Assembly (NCBI GenBank): GCA_963829055.1
Contig: CAWHHI010000005.1
Coordinates: forward strand, 1-64,000
Length of the DNA stretch: 64,000 bases
From: an uncultured Gemmatimonadaceae bacterium
Lineage (GTDB): Bacteria; Gemmatimonadota; Gemmatimonadetes; Gemmatimonadales; Gemmatimonadaceae
Direction: 5' to 3'
The notes under the pieces are model-generated. The model was given only the letters and a program-made list of their open reading frames with translations. It was not told the DNA's origin and ran no database searches. Both the position numbers and the translations under genes were made by a program. This document shows, in pieces, positions 1 through 10,089 of the stretch; within the stretch, counting starts at the first letter, position 1, and each line of letters starts with the position of its first letter.

Positions 1-2268
1 AACCGCGGCTGCGCCGCAATGTCCGACACGAGACGCGCGAGCGGCTGCTCGTTCGCGACCGGCATGAGCGGGTCGATCGCGTGGATCTCGCGGCGGACCA
101 CCGGCGCGAGCGCCAGCGGATCTCCGTCCCGCGCGCGAGCAGCCACATGGTGTCCCACGACACCTGCTGGAACGAGAGGTACATCATGGGCTCCGGCTCG
201 TTCTGCAGCAGCTGATCGCGGATGTCGCCGACGACGCCGACCACCGTCCATGTCGGGCCGCCGCCCCCGCCGACCATGATCTGCTGACCCACCGGATCCA
301 CCGGGCCAGATCTGCCGCGCCATCGTTTCCGTGATCACGACCGCCCGCGGCGCCCGCTCGCCATCCGAGTCGGCGATCAACCGTCCCTTCTCGAGCGCGA
401 CGCCAATGGCCGCGAAGTACCCCGGCGTCACCGAGCGCCAGTGCGCCGACAGGAACTCGTCCGCGCTCGCCGGTTGTCGGCCGACCACCGAGAACCGGAT
501 CGCGGTGCTCCCGCCGCTGAACGGCGCGACGTTGGTGAAGCCGACCGCGCGGATCCCCGGCGCTGCCGCGAGCCGCCCTTCCGCCTCGGCATAAAACGCC
601 GCGCGCTTGGCGCGGTCGCGGTAGCGCTCGTTGCCGACCGTCAGCGACGCCGTGAATACGCCATCGGTGCGGAACCCGTCAGTCGACCCCCATCAGCCGC
701 TCGAAGCTCCTCCCCACGAGCCCGGCGCCGACGAGCAGGACGAGCGCGAGAGCGACCGAGGTGACGATGAGGATGCTGCGAAGCCGGCCGGCCGCGGCGA
801 CGCGCCCACCGCTCCGCAGCACGTCGTTCAGGTCTGCGCGCGACGCCTGAAGCGCGGGCGCGATCCCGAACAGGATGCCGGTAGCAACCGAGGCGACGAT
901 GCCGAAGGCGACCACCCGCCAATCGACCGAGAGCTCGTCGAGCCGCGGGATCGCCGTCGCGCCCACGTCGCGCAGCACGGGGACGGCCACGGCCGTCAAC
1001 GCGACGCCTAACGCCGAACCGATCGCCGCCAGCACGAGGCTCTCGGTCAGGAGCTGCCTCACGATCCGGCCGCGCCCTGCGCCCAACGCCGCGCGGACGC
1101 TCATCTCCCGCTGCCGCGCCGTGGCCCGGGCGAGCAGGAGGTTGGCGACGTTCACGCATCCCATGAGGAGCAGGAGCCCCACGGCGACGAGCAGTACTTG
1201 CACACGCGTGCGCAGCTGATCGCCAATGAGCCACTCCTCGAGCGACGTCACGTTGGCGCCCCACTCACGGTTCGTCTCGGGATACTGGCTGGCCAGATCG
1301 CGAGCGACGGACCGCATCTCGTCGAGCGCCTGAGCACGCGTGACGTTAGGCGCCAGGCGGCCGATGGCGCCGAGCCGGCGGTTGCCGCGCGCCGTCTCGC
1401 CGCGCGCGGTCATGGAGGGCGCCAGCGGCATCCACAGCGCCGGGTTGCCGGGGAAGACGAGCTCCGGCGGCATCACGCCGATGATCTCGTACGACGTTCC
1501 GCTGAGGTTCACCGTGCGGCCGACGACGCGCGGATCGGCGCCGAAGCGCGTCTGCCATGCCGCGTTCGATAGCACGACCACGCGCGCGGCCGCGTCCGGC
1601 TTCGCCTCGTCCTCCCTGAAAAACCGCCCCATGAGCGGCCGCGCGCCGAGGAGCGGGAACAACGACGGTGTCGCCGCCATCGCGCTGAGCTCCTCAGGGT
1701 CACCGTCGCCGAGAAGGCTGGCGTTCTCGGCGGCGAAGGCGGCGAGCTGGCTCAGGCTCCGGACGCGCTGCCGCCAGTCGACATAGTCCGGCTCCGAGAT
1801 GCTGAACGTCTCGGTGGTCGGATTCGTCTCGTACAGACGGACGATCCGGCCCGGCTCGTGGTAGGGAAACGGCCGGAGCAGCACGGCGTTCGCGACGCTG
1901 AAGATCGTGGTCGATGCGCCAATGCCCATGGCGAGCGTGAGGAGCGCGACGGCGGTGAAGCCCGGGCTCGAGCGAAGTCCTCGTACGGCGTACCGCAGAT
2001 CGTGACGCAGCTCGGTGAGCCATTCGGCGCGGCGCATGTCCTCGTTCCTCCTCCTGCCCAAGTCGCGGCAGGTTTCCGTGATCTGTTCGACGTCGCCGAA
2101 GCGGGCGAGGGCCGCGGCGCGCGCTTCGTCGGGGGGGATCCCCTGTTCGACGAGCTCGCGGATGCGCATCTCGAGGTGGAAGGCGAGCTCCGAGTCCACC
2201 TCCCGCTCGACCGGGACGTTCCAGAACCGCCACCGGAGCTCGCGTCTGAATCGGCCTAACGACGGCAC
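1..2268 (-). CDS. ADOP-type duplicated orphan ABC permease (MacB/FtsX domains); frameshifted near 680, runs off left edge
   Basis: ORF 679..2268: EVDSELAFHLEM, DLRYAVRGLRSSPGFTAVALLTLAMGIGASTTIFS, LLMGCVNVANLLLARATARQREMSVRAALGAGR; homology continues in another frame (GFRTDGVFTASL...VTPGYFAAIGV) after a 1-nt indel. Confidence 0.9.
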
Positions 2269-2269
2269 G

Positions 2270-2602
2270 TCATCGCCCCTCGAAGAGCACCTTGGAGACG
2301 GCGGTGGTGAAGTGCGTCCACTGCGCGAGCTCCAGCTTGAGCCGGGCGCGCCCGGTGGTCGTTAGGCGGTAGAACTTCACCTCGCGCCCCGTCTCCGACT
2401 TGCCCCATTCAGCCTCGATGAACCCTTTGCGCTCCATGCGGTAGAGCGCGGGGTAGAGCGAGCCCTCACCGATCTCGAGCGCGTCGTCGGTGGTGTCCTG
2501 GATCCATCGCGCGACGCCGTAGCCGTGGCGCGGGCCCCAGGAGAGGGTCTTGAGGATGAGCGTGTCGAGCGTGCCGTGCAGCAGTTCGGTCGGTTCGGCC
2601 AT
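2270..2602 (-). CDS. PadR family transcriptional regulator (acidobacterial type)
   Basis: LLHGTLDTLILKTLSWGPRHGYGVARWI...GSLYPALYRMERKGFIEAEWG; directly upstream of the permease. Confidence 0.95.
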   Translation of the reverse strand: MAEPTELLHGTLDTLILKTLSWGPRHGYGVARWIQDTTDDALEIGEGSLYPALYRMERKGFIEAEWGKSETGREVKFYRLTTTGRARLKLELAQWTHFTTAVSKVLFEGR

Positions 2603-2622
2603 GCGTGCGCTCCAGGCCTTAG

Positions 2623-2671
2623 TACCTCGATCGTCGAGGTATCATAGGATCAGACGCCTCGATAGTCAAGG
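2623..2671 (-). promoter_or_regulatory. Sigma70-like promoter of padR with two palindromic operators
   Basis: Minus strand TTGACT (2669-2664)-N17-TATGAT (2646-2641); inverted repeats TACCTCGA-tcg-TCGAGGTA (2623-2641) and CCTCGA-tag-TCAAGG (2657-2671). Confidence 0.75.
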
Positions 2672-2676
2672 CATCA

Positions 2677-4321
2677 CTACACGATGGCTTCGACGGACCT
2701 CACGCGTTCCCGCAACACGAACTTCTGCACCTTCCCCGTCGACGTCCTCGGCAACGGCCCGAATACGATCGTCTTCGGCACCTTGAATCGCGCGAGGCGC
2801 TCGTAGCAGTGGTCGATGAGCGCATGGTCCGTCACCGACGAGTCAGGCTTGAGCTCGACGAACGCAACCGGCGTTTCTCCCCACTTCTCGTGCGGCTGCG
2901 CCACAACAGCGGCCGCGAACACCGCCGGATGTCGAAACAGCGCCTCCTCCACCTCGAGCGACGAAATGTTCTCGCCGCCGGAGATGATGATGTCCTTCGC
3001 GCGATCCTTGATCTTCATGTAGCCGTCGGCGTGCGTGACGGCGAGGTCGCCGGAATGGAACCAGCCACCCGCGAACGCCTTTGCGGTCGCGGCGGGATTC
3101 TTGAGATACCCTTTCATCACGATGTTCCCGCGGAACATGATCTCGCCCATCGTCTCGCCGTCCGCCGGGACGCGCTCCATCCGCTCCGGATCGAGAACGG
3201 CGGCGTCGCCTTGCAGCACATAGGGCACGCCCTGGCGTCCGTTCCGCAGTGCGTTGTCGTTAGGATCGAGCGCCTCCCACTCCTCCTGTTTCGTGCACGC
3301 CGCGCTCGGCCCATACACTTCAGTGAGGCCGTACGTGTGCGTGAGCTCGAATGTTGATGCGCTCGAGGCCTTCGATCATTGATGATGGAGGCGACGCGCC
3401 GGCGACCATCGCGTGGATCCTGTGCGTGAGCCCAGTGCGCAAATGCTCGGGCGCCGCAAGCAACGAACTGTGCACGACAGGCGCGCCGCAGTAATGCGTG
3501 ACTCCGTGTTCTTTCATCAACCGGAAGATCGTCGCGACGTCGACCTTTCTCAGACAGACGTTCGTGCCCGTCTGCGCCGCCATCGTCCACGGAAAGCACC
3601 AACCATTGCAGTGAAACATCGGCAGCGTCCAGAGATAGACCGGGTACCGCTGCATGTTCCACGCGAGCACGTTCGCCACGGCGTTGAGGTGAGCGCCACG
3701 GTGATGGGACACGACGCCCTTTGGGTCGCCGGTCGTTCCAAATGTGTAGTTCAGCGCAATGGCATTCCATTCGTCGGACGGTTCCTGCCACGCGTATTCC
3801 GGATCCCCTCGGCTCAGGAACGTCTCGTACTCCACGCCTAACAGCGTTCCGTCACCATCGTAGTCCGGATCATCGACACCGATCACGAGCGGGTAGCGAT
3901 CGACCATGCCTAACGCTGACGTGGCGAGCGCGGAGAATTCACGGTCGACGATGAGCACCTTGGCTTCGCCGTGCTCGAGCATGAACGCGATGGCTCGGGC
4001 GTCGAGACGCGTGTTGAGCGTGTTGATCACACCACCCGTCATTGGCACGCCGAAGTGGGCTTCGTACAACTCCGGCGTGTTGGAGAGCAGCGTGGCGACG
4101 GTGTCGCCCACGCCCACGCCGGCTCTCACGAGCGAAGACGCCAGGCGTCGAGCACGTGCGTACGTGTCCGCCCACGAGAAGCGTCGCTCGCCGTGAATCA
4201 CCGCGACGCGATCGGGGCACACTCGCGCGCTCCAGGCGATGAACGTGAGCGGCGTGAGCGCAGCGTAGTTCGCCGGATTCTTATCGAGCCCGACGTCGTA
4301 AGGATTGGGATGCGTGATCAT
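2677..4321 (-). CDS. Acyl-CoA synthetase (AMP-binding), frameshifted near 3320-3345
   Basis: ALNYTFGTTGDPKGV, LPMFHCNGW, GWFHSGDLA, IKDRAKDIIISGGENISSLEVE, LPRTSTGKVQK split over ORFs 3320..4321 and 2677..3318. Confidence 0.9.
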
Positions 4322-4464
4322 ATCAGCCTCGAAGCAATGGTGATAAGCGTTTGACAGTGGAAGCAGGGAGGCAGGGATTGAGATTTGGAAGGGACAGCGC
4401 TGCCGGCGAGCGGAGCATGGAAATCTGGCAATGAGGCCCTATCAACATCTCAGTCGGAATCGCA

Positions 4465-5826
4465 CTAGTTCGCGGACGGAGCAGGCTGCGCGGCCGGGTG
4501 CGAGCGCACGGACTGAAATTCGGTCGTTAGGCGGTGCGGCATGGCTTTGGGAAGCGCGAGCGCACCGACGAAGGACAGCGCACCGGAGATGGCCAGATAC
4601 ACGGCGGGAGCGAGCGTGAAGCCGGTCTTCGACACGAGCCACGCAGCCACCAGCGGGGTGGTCCCACCTAGCAACGCGACACCGAAGTTGTAGGAGATGG
4701 AGAGAACCGTGCATCGCACCCGCCAGGGCGCGAGCTCCGCCATGGTCGCGGCCAGCACACCGGCGGCGGCGGAAACGAGCAGCGCGAGGAACACCTGACC
4801 CACGAAAACGCCAATCCACTGCCCGCCCGCCATCAGCGCCATGAGCGGATACGACAGCACCATGAGCAGCGCGCTCACCACCACGAGCACCGGACGCCGT
4901 CCAACGCGATCGCTCAATGCGCCAGCAGCGAGCACCACACCGAGGCACAACGCCATCGCGACCGTGTTGATCTCGAACGCCGTCTTCGCGGGCACGGCCG
5001 CGACTTGCTTCAGCCACGTGGCCGAGTAGACGAACGTCGTGTAGAACCCGACGCTGAGCCCTGCGACGAGCATCATCAGGTGCAGAATCGTGCGCCAGTG
5101 ATAGCGGAACGATTCGCCGATCGGCGACTTCGCCGGTGGCTGATGCGGAACCTTCTCCACGAAGTTGCGTCGAATGACGATTCCGCCAAGAGCAACGACG
5201 AGGCCGACGATGAACGGAATACGCCAGCCGTACGCCATGACGGCGTTAGGTGACAACATCGTATTCACAATCAGGCCGGCAGCCGAGCCAAGCAGCGTAC
5301 CAGCAAAGCATCCGAACGGGCTCCATGCACCCATCAGCCCGCGCTTCCCCGGCTCGGCACCTTCGACAAGGAACACCGATGACGCCATGTACTCGCCGCC
5401 AACGGCGAGTCCTTGCAGGAGGCGGCACACGAGCAGGAGCACCGGCGCCGTAAGTCCGATCGTTGCCTCGCTTGGCAGCACCCCGATGAAGAAAGACGGA
5501 AGGGCCATGGCAAGGACTGACCACAGCAGCGCCTGCTTGCGACCGAATCGATCGCCAACCCAGCCAAAAAAGGCGCCTCCGATCGGTCGCATGAGGAACC
5601 CGGCCGCGAACGTCCCATAAGCGGCGAGCAACGAAGCCGTGGGATTCCTTGCCGGAAAGAAGTGCGCGCCGATCTGCGCGGCGAAGAACCCGAACAGCGC
5701 GAAGTCGTACCACTCCAGCATGTTGCCGACGACACCGGCGATGACGCCGCGCCGGACGGTGCTTGGGGTCCGGAACTCCTGCGTGACGACACCAGGCGGG
5801 ATGAGCAACGGGGCTGCGGCTGACAT
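4465..5826 (-). CDS. MFS transporter, MHS/ProP-like
   Basis: GNMLEWYDFALFG, GFLMRPIGG, GDRFGRK, RLLQGLAVGGE; about 12 hydrophobic segments. Confidence 0.92.
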   Translation of the reverse strand: MSAAAPLLIPPGVVTQEFRTPSTVRRGVIAGVVGNMLEWYDFALFGFFAAQIGAHFFPARNPTASLLAAYGTFAAGFLMRPIGGAFFGWVGDRFGRKQALLWSVLAMALPSFFIGVLPSEATIGLTAPVLLLVCRLLQGLAVGGEYMASSVFLVEGAEPGKRGLMGAWSPFGCFAGTLLGSAAGLIVNTMLSPNAVMAYGWRIPFIVGLVVALGGIVIRRNFVEKVPHQPPAKSPIGESFRYHWRTILHLMMLVAGLSVGFYTTFVYSATWLKQVAAVPAKTAFEINTVAMALCLGVVLAAGALSDRVGRRPVLVVVSALLMVLSYPLMALMAGGQWIGVFVGQVFLALLVSAAAGVLAATMAELAPWRVRCTVLSISYNFGVALLGGTTPLVAAWLVSKTGFTLAPAVYLAISGALSFVGALALPKAMPHRLTTEFQSVRSHPAAQPAPSAN

Positions 5827-5992
5827 ATGGGATTCCCGTGGGGGTTGTGGTCGATTGGTGCCTTCCTATCTTGGGAGTCGACGTTTGGCGGGAGATCGGC
5901 TCACGCCGGTGTGATCCCGCCGCGTCCCGCCGCACGCGTCGAATGCGCCCCGCCGCGCTTCGCGGCTCGACACTTCCCCGGCGCACCCCGCG

Positions 5993-6565
5993 ATGGCGTC
6001 CGACTCGCCTCGAACCTTGAGCCAGCTGCTCGACGCGTGGGGGCACGGCGATCGCGATGCCCTCGATGCGCTCGTGCCCGAGGTCTACGCGGTTCTGCAT
6101 CAGCAGGCCCGTCGCGCCCTACGCGACCAGCCTGACGGGCACACGCTGCAGCCGACGGCGCTCGTCAACGAGGCGTATGTACGTCTCGCGAATCAGCCCG
6201 GGGCTGGAGCCGAAAGTCGCTCGCACTTTCTGGCTGTCGCGGCGATGGTGATGCGATCGGTCCTGGTCGACCACGCGCGCGCCAGGCAGCGGGCGAAGCG
6301 CGGCGGGAATGCGCGAGCGCTGTCGCTGGGCGCCGCCGACGGAGTGGCCGCAGCCGAGGAGCCATTGGATGTCGTGGCGCTGGACGACGCACTCAATCGC
6401 CTCGCAGCCCAGGATGCGCGCAAGGCACGCGTGGTCGAGCTGCGGTACTTCGTCGGGCTGAGCATCGAGGAGACCGCGAAAGCGCTGGACTCGTCGCCGG
6501 CGACGGTCAAGCGCGAGTGGACCACGGCGCGCGCGTGGCTTCGCCGCGAGCTCACGACCGCCTAG
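5993..6565 (+). CDS. ECF sigma-70 factor (TIGR02999-like, kinase-associated)
   Basis: HTLQPTALVNEAYVRL, HFLAVAAMVMRSVLVDHAR, VVELRYFVGLSIEETA...TVKREWTTARAWL. Confidence 0.93.
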   Translation: MASDSPRTLSQLLDAWGHGDRDALDALVPEVYAVLHQQARRALRDQPDGHTLQPTALVNEAYVRLANQPGAGAESRSHFLAVAAMVMRSVLVDHARARQRAKRGGNARALSLGAADGVAAAEEPLDVVALDDALNRLAAQDARKARVVELRYFVGLSIEETAKALDSSPATVKREWTTARAWLRRELTTA

Positions 6566-6566
6566 T

Positions 6567-6696
6567 GTCATTCCGAGCGAGCGAAGCGAGTCGAGGAATC
6601 GCGATCCTCCCGGTAGAGCGTCCTCTTTCGGGACGCCTGCGATTCCTCATGCGCCCAGAGGGCACCCCGGCGCTTCGCGCCTTCGCTCGGAATGAC
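6567..6696. repeat. REP/MITE-like palindromic element, copy 1
   Basis: Perfect 14-bp terminal IR GTCATTCCGAGCGA (6567-6580)/TCGCTCGGAATGAC (6683-6696); inner IR GAGGAATCGC (6593-6602)/GCGATTCCTC (6639-6648). Confidence 0.85.
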
Positions 6697-9632
6697 CACC
6701 CGACGCCCGATCAGCGCCGAGCGCTGGGCCGCCATCGACGCGATCTTCGCCGACGCCGTCGAGCGGCCGGCAGCCGAGCGAGCGGCGTTCGTCGAGCAGG
6801 CCTGCGGTAGCGACGCGGAGCTTCGCGCAGAAGTGGAATCGCTCCTCGCCGCACACGACGGCGACACCGGCTTCCTCGAGGCGCCGCACACCGCTGCCCG
6901 CAAGGCACCCGATCTCGAGGCACGGGCTCTCGCCGATCGGCTTCAAGCGGCGTTAGGCACGGCGTTCCGGATCGAACGCGAGCTCGCCGGCGGCGGCATG
7001 AGCCGCGTGTTCGTCGCCGAGGAGATTCGACTCGGCCGGCGCGTCGTGGTGAAGGTGCTGCCGCCCGAGCTCCGCGCCGGACTGAGCATCGAGCGCTTCC
7101 ATCAGGAGACGCGACTCGCGGCATCGCTCCGCCATCCGCACATCGTTCCCGTGATGGCCGCCGGCGATTCCGCGGACGGACTCGTGTACTTCACGATGCC
7201 GTTCATCCAGGGCGAGTCGCTCGAGCGCCGCCTCGAGCGCGAAGGTCGCCTTCCGGTCGGTGACGTCGTCGCGCTCGTCCGCGAAATTGCCGACGCACTG
7301 GCCTACGCGCACGCGAACGGCGTCGTACATCGTGATGTAAAGCCGGCGAACGTCCTCATCGATGGCGGACACGCCGTGGTCGCCGACTTCGGCGTGGCGA
7401 AGGCGATCGAGCTGGCGAGTAGCCAGCTCGATCGTCCTGAGCGCCTGACAGGCGCGAACGACCGCTCGAACGGGCTCACAATGGCCGGGGCCGTACTTGG
7501 GACACCGGCGTACATGAGCCCCGAACAGGCCCGTTCGGAGAACGTCGACGCGCGCACCGACGTCTACAGCCTCGGCTGCATGACATTCGAGATGCTCACG
7601 GGACAGCGGCCATTTCAGAATGACGGAATCCATGCCATCGCGCTCCGCTCGACGTCACCAGCGCCGAGCACCGTCTGCCCCGACTTGTCACCGGCCTTCG
7701 ACACGGTGCTGGCACGGGCACTGGCAGCTGAGCCCGACGACCGTTTTCAGAACACGACCGCATTCGCGCAGGCGTTAGGCGCCGCCGCGTCGCCGGTCTC
7801 GCCAGGCGTCGACGCCCAGCCAACCCTGGCAAAGCGGCCCGCGTGGCGACGGCCGTGGTTTGCCGCGGCAGCACTGGCCCTCGCCGCGAGTGTCGCGACC
7901 GGTGTCGTGCTCGCCCGCCGCGCCGCCACGGGCGTCATGACCGGCAGCGCGATGCCCGCGCCAATATCGGGGCCATCGCTCGCCGTGCTCCCGTTCGAGA
8001 ACACCGGCGGCGCCGACGACGCCTACTTTGCCGAAGGCGTGAGCGACGGGCTGGTGAGCCGCCTGACGAGCGTCGCCGGAGTGCGCGTGATGTCACCCCG
8101 CAGCACGCGACAGTACCGCAACACCGCGAAGCCCCGCGATCAGATTGCCCGCGAGCTCGGCGCCGACTACCTGCTCGACGGACGCGTACGCTGGGATCGA
8201 GCGGATACGACCGCGCGGCGCGTGCGCGTCACGGTGGAGCTGGTGCGGATGCGCGATGGCAGCTCGGTATGGGCCGACGACTATGAAGCGAAGTCCGAAG
8301 ACCTGTTCACTGTCGAAGGCCAGATTGGCGAACGTGTCGCCGCAGCGCTGGAGGTCGCGCTCGGCGCACGGGAGCGAAAGACCATCTCGGCCCGGCCGAC
8401 GGAGAACTTCGACGCGTACTCGTACTATCTGCGTGGCGAGGCGCTTCGCCTCGCGGAGGAGGACGCCGTCAACAACACGCCGCGCGCCATTCGAGATGTT
8501 CGAGCGGGCGGTCGCACTCGATCCGAAGTTTGCGCTCGCGTTCGCGCGGCTGGCGAAGGCGCATGGCGACATCTATTGGGCGAACACGGATCGCACGGCG
8601 AAGCGGCTCGCGCTCATGCGGGCCGCCGCGGAGACCGCGGTGCGTCTCGATCCCGATCTTCCCGAAGCGCACCTCGCGATGTCCTACTACTACTTCTGGG
8701 GCCTCCGCGACTACGATCGCTCCCTCGCCGAGCTCTCGGCGGCGGCCGAAGGGCAGCCCGGGAGCAGTGAGGTTTTTCTGGCCCGCGCCGCGATCCTGCG
8801 ACGTACGGGACGGCTCACGGAGGCAGTCGCGAACTTCGATCGAGCGCTGGAGCTCGACCCGCGGACGGCACAGCTTCCGTTCAACATCGCCGGCATCAAC
8901 GGCGCAATGCGGCGCTACGCCGACGCCGTTCGCTATCTCGACCGGACGCTCGCGCTGAACCCACGCTGGGCGGGCATTTACGCCGACCGTGCCATGTACA
9001 TGTTGGGCGCGACGGGCGACGTGGATGCGGCCAGGCGTTCGCTGCGGGAGGGCATGGCGTTGCCCGATGCCGGGAAGATCATCGACCGGTTTCGGTTCAA
9101 GGCTGGCTTGTTCGTCGGGTACACCGCGCGAGACAGCGTCGTCCTGCGAAGCCTAACGCCGGACCTGTTCCGCGCGGACACGGCGCAGTTCATGATCTGG
9201 ACGGCGGATTGGGCGCGACGGCACACTCGCGCGGATCGGGCGCGCGCATACGCTGACTCCGCGCGAACGAGACTCGAGCGACGTGTGGCGGCAGAGCCTA
9301 ACGAAGCAGGCACGCGAATGCAGCTCGCAATCGCATATGCCCTGCTGGGCCGTAAAGGCGACGCGTTGCGTGAAGCGGCTCGCGCAGCGGAGATTCTGCC
9401 GGTGTCCCGCGATGGGAACGACGGCGCGGACTTACAGGAGGATTACGCATTCGTCGAGACGCTGGTTGGTGAGACTGACTCCGCCGTGAAGCGGCTCACC
9501 TTTCTGTTGACGATCCCCTCGGACGTCTCGCTGAACCTTCTCCGCACCGATCCAATGTGGGACGGGCTACGGGGAAGCGGTGCGTTCCAACAGCTCATCG
9601 CAAGGCCGCCTTCGGGCCGAGGCGGGACTTGA
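6692..9632 (+). CDS. Ser/Thr protein kinase with TM, TolB-like domain and TPRs; frameshift near 8490
   Basis: LAGGGMSRV, VVKVL, HRDVKPAN, DFG, GTPAYMSPE, DVYSLG; then SLAVLPFEN..DAYFAEGVSD; TPR part in ORF 8145..9632. Confidence 0.92.
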
Positions 9633-9678
9633 CCACCGCGCGACCGCCTTGCATCTTCCCCCTAGACTTTCAGGGGAA
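9629..9678 (+). promoter_or_regulatory. Putative promoter/operator of second padR
   Basis: TTGACC (9629)-N17-CATCTT (9652) followed by CCTAGA-ctt-TCAGGG flanked by TTCCC/GGAA; resembles the operator at 2623-2641. Confidence 0.55.
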
Positions 9679-9686
9679 ACTCTAGG

Positions 9687-10051
9687 GTGTCACCGACCGC
9701 CGACCAGCTCGCGCTCGTCAAAGGCACGCTGGACGTGCTCGTCCTCAAGGCACTCTCGTGGGGACCCATGCACGGCTTCGAGATCACGACCTGGCTCGAG
9801 GACAGCTCCGGCGGCGCGCTCGACGTCGACGACAGCGCGCTCTACCACGCCCTTCATCGGATGGAAGAGCGCGGGCTCATTGCCGCCGAGTGGGGCGTCA
9901 CCGAGAACAACCGGCGCGCCCGGTACTACAGCGTGACGTCGGCCGGCCGCGCGCACCTCCGGGCCGAGACCGCGCGATGGCTCCGCTACTCGGAGATGGT
10001 GAGTGGCATTCTCACCGCCGCCTCGCGAACCGCGACCGCACGTCCGCGTGA
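9687..10051 (+). CDS. PadR family transcriptional regulator (3' end disturbed by an indel)
   Basis: LVKGTLDVLVLKALSWGPMHGFEI...ALYHALHRMEERGLIAAEWGVTENNRRARYYSVT; likely true stop TGA 10049-10051 lies in another frame. Confidence 0.9.
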
Positions 10052-10089
10052 CGCGGCGATAAGCCGCGCCGCCCACGCAGAATCCCTCA

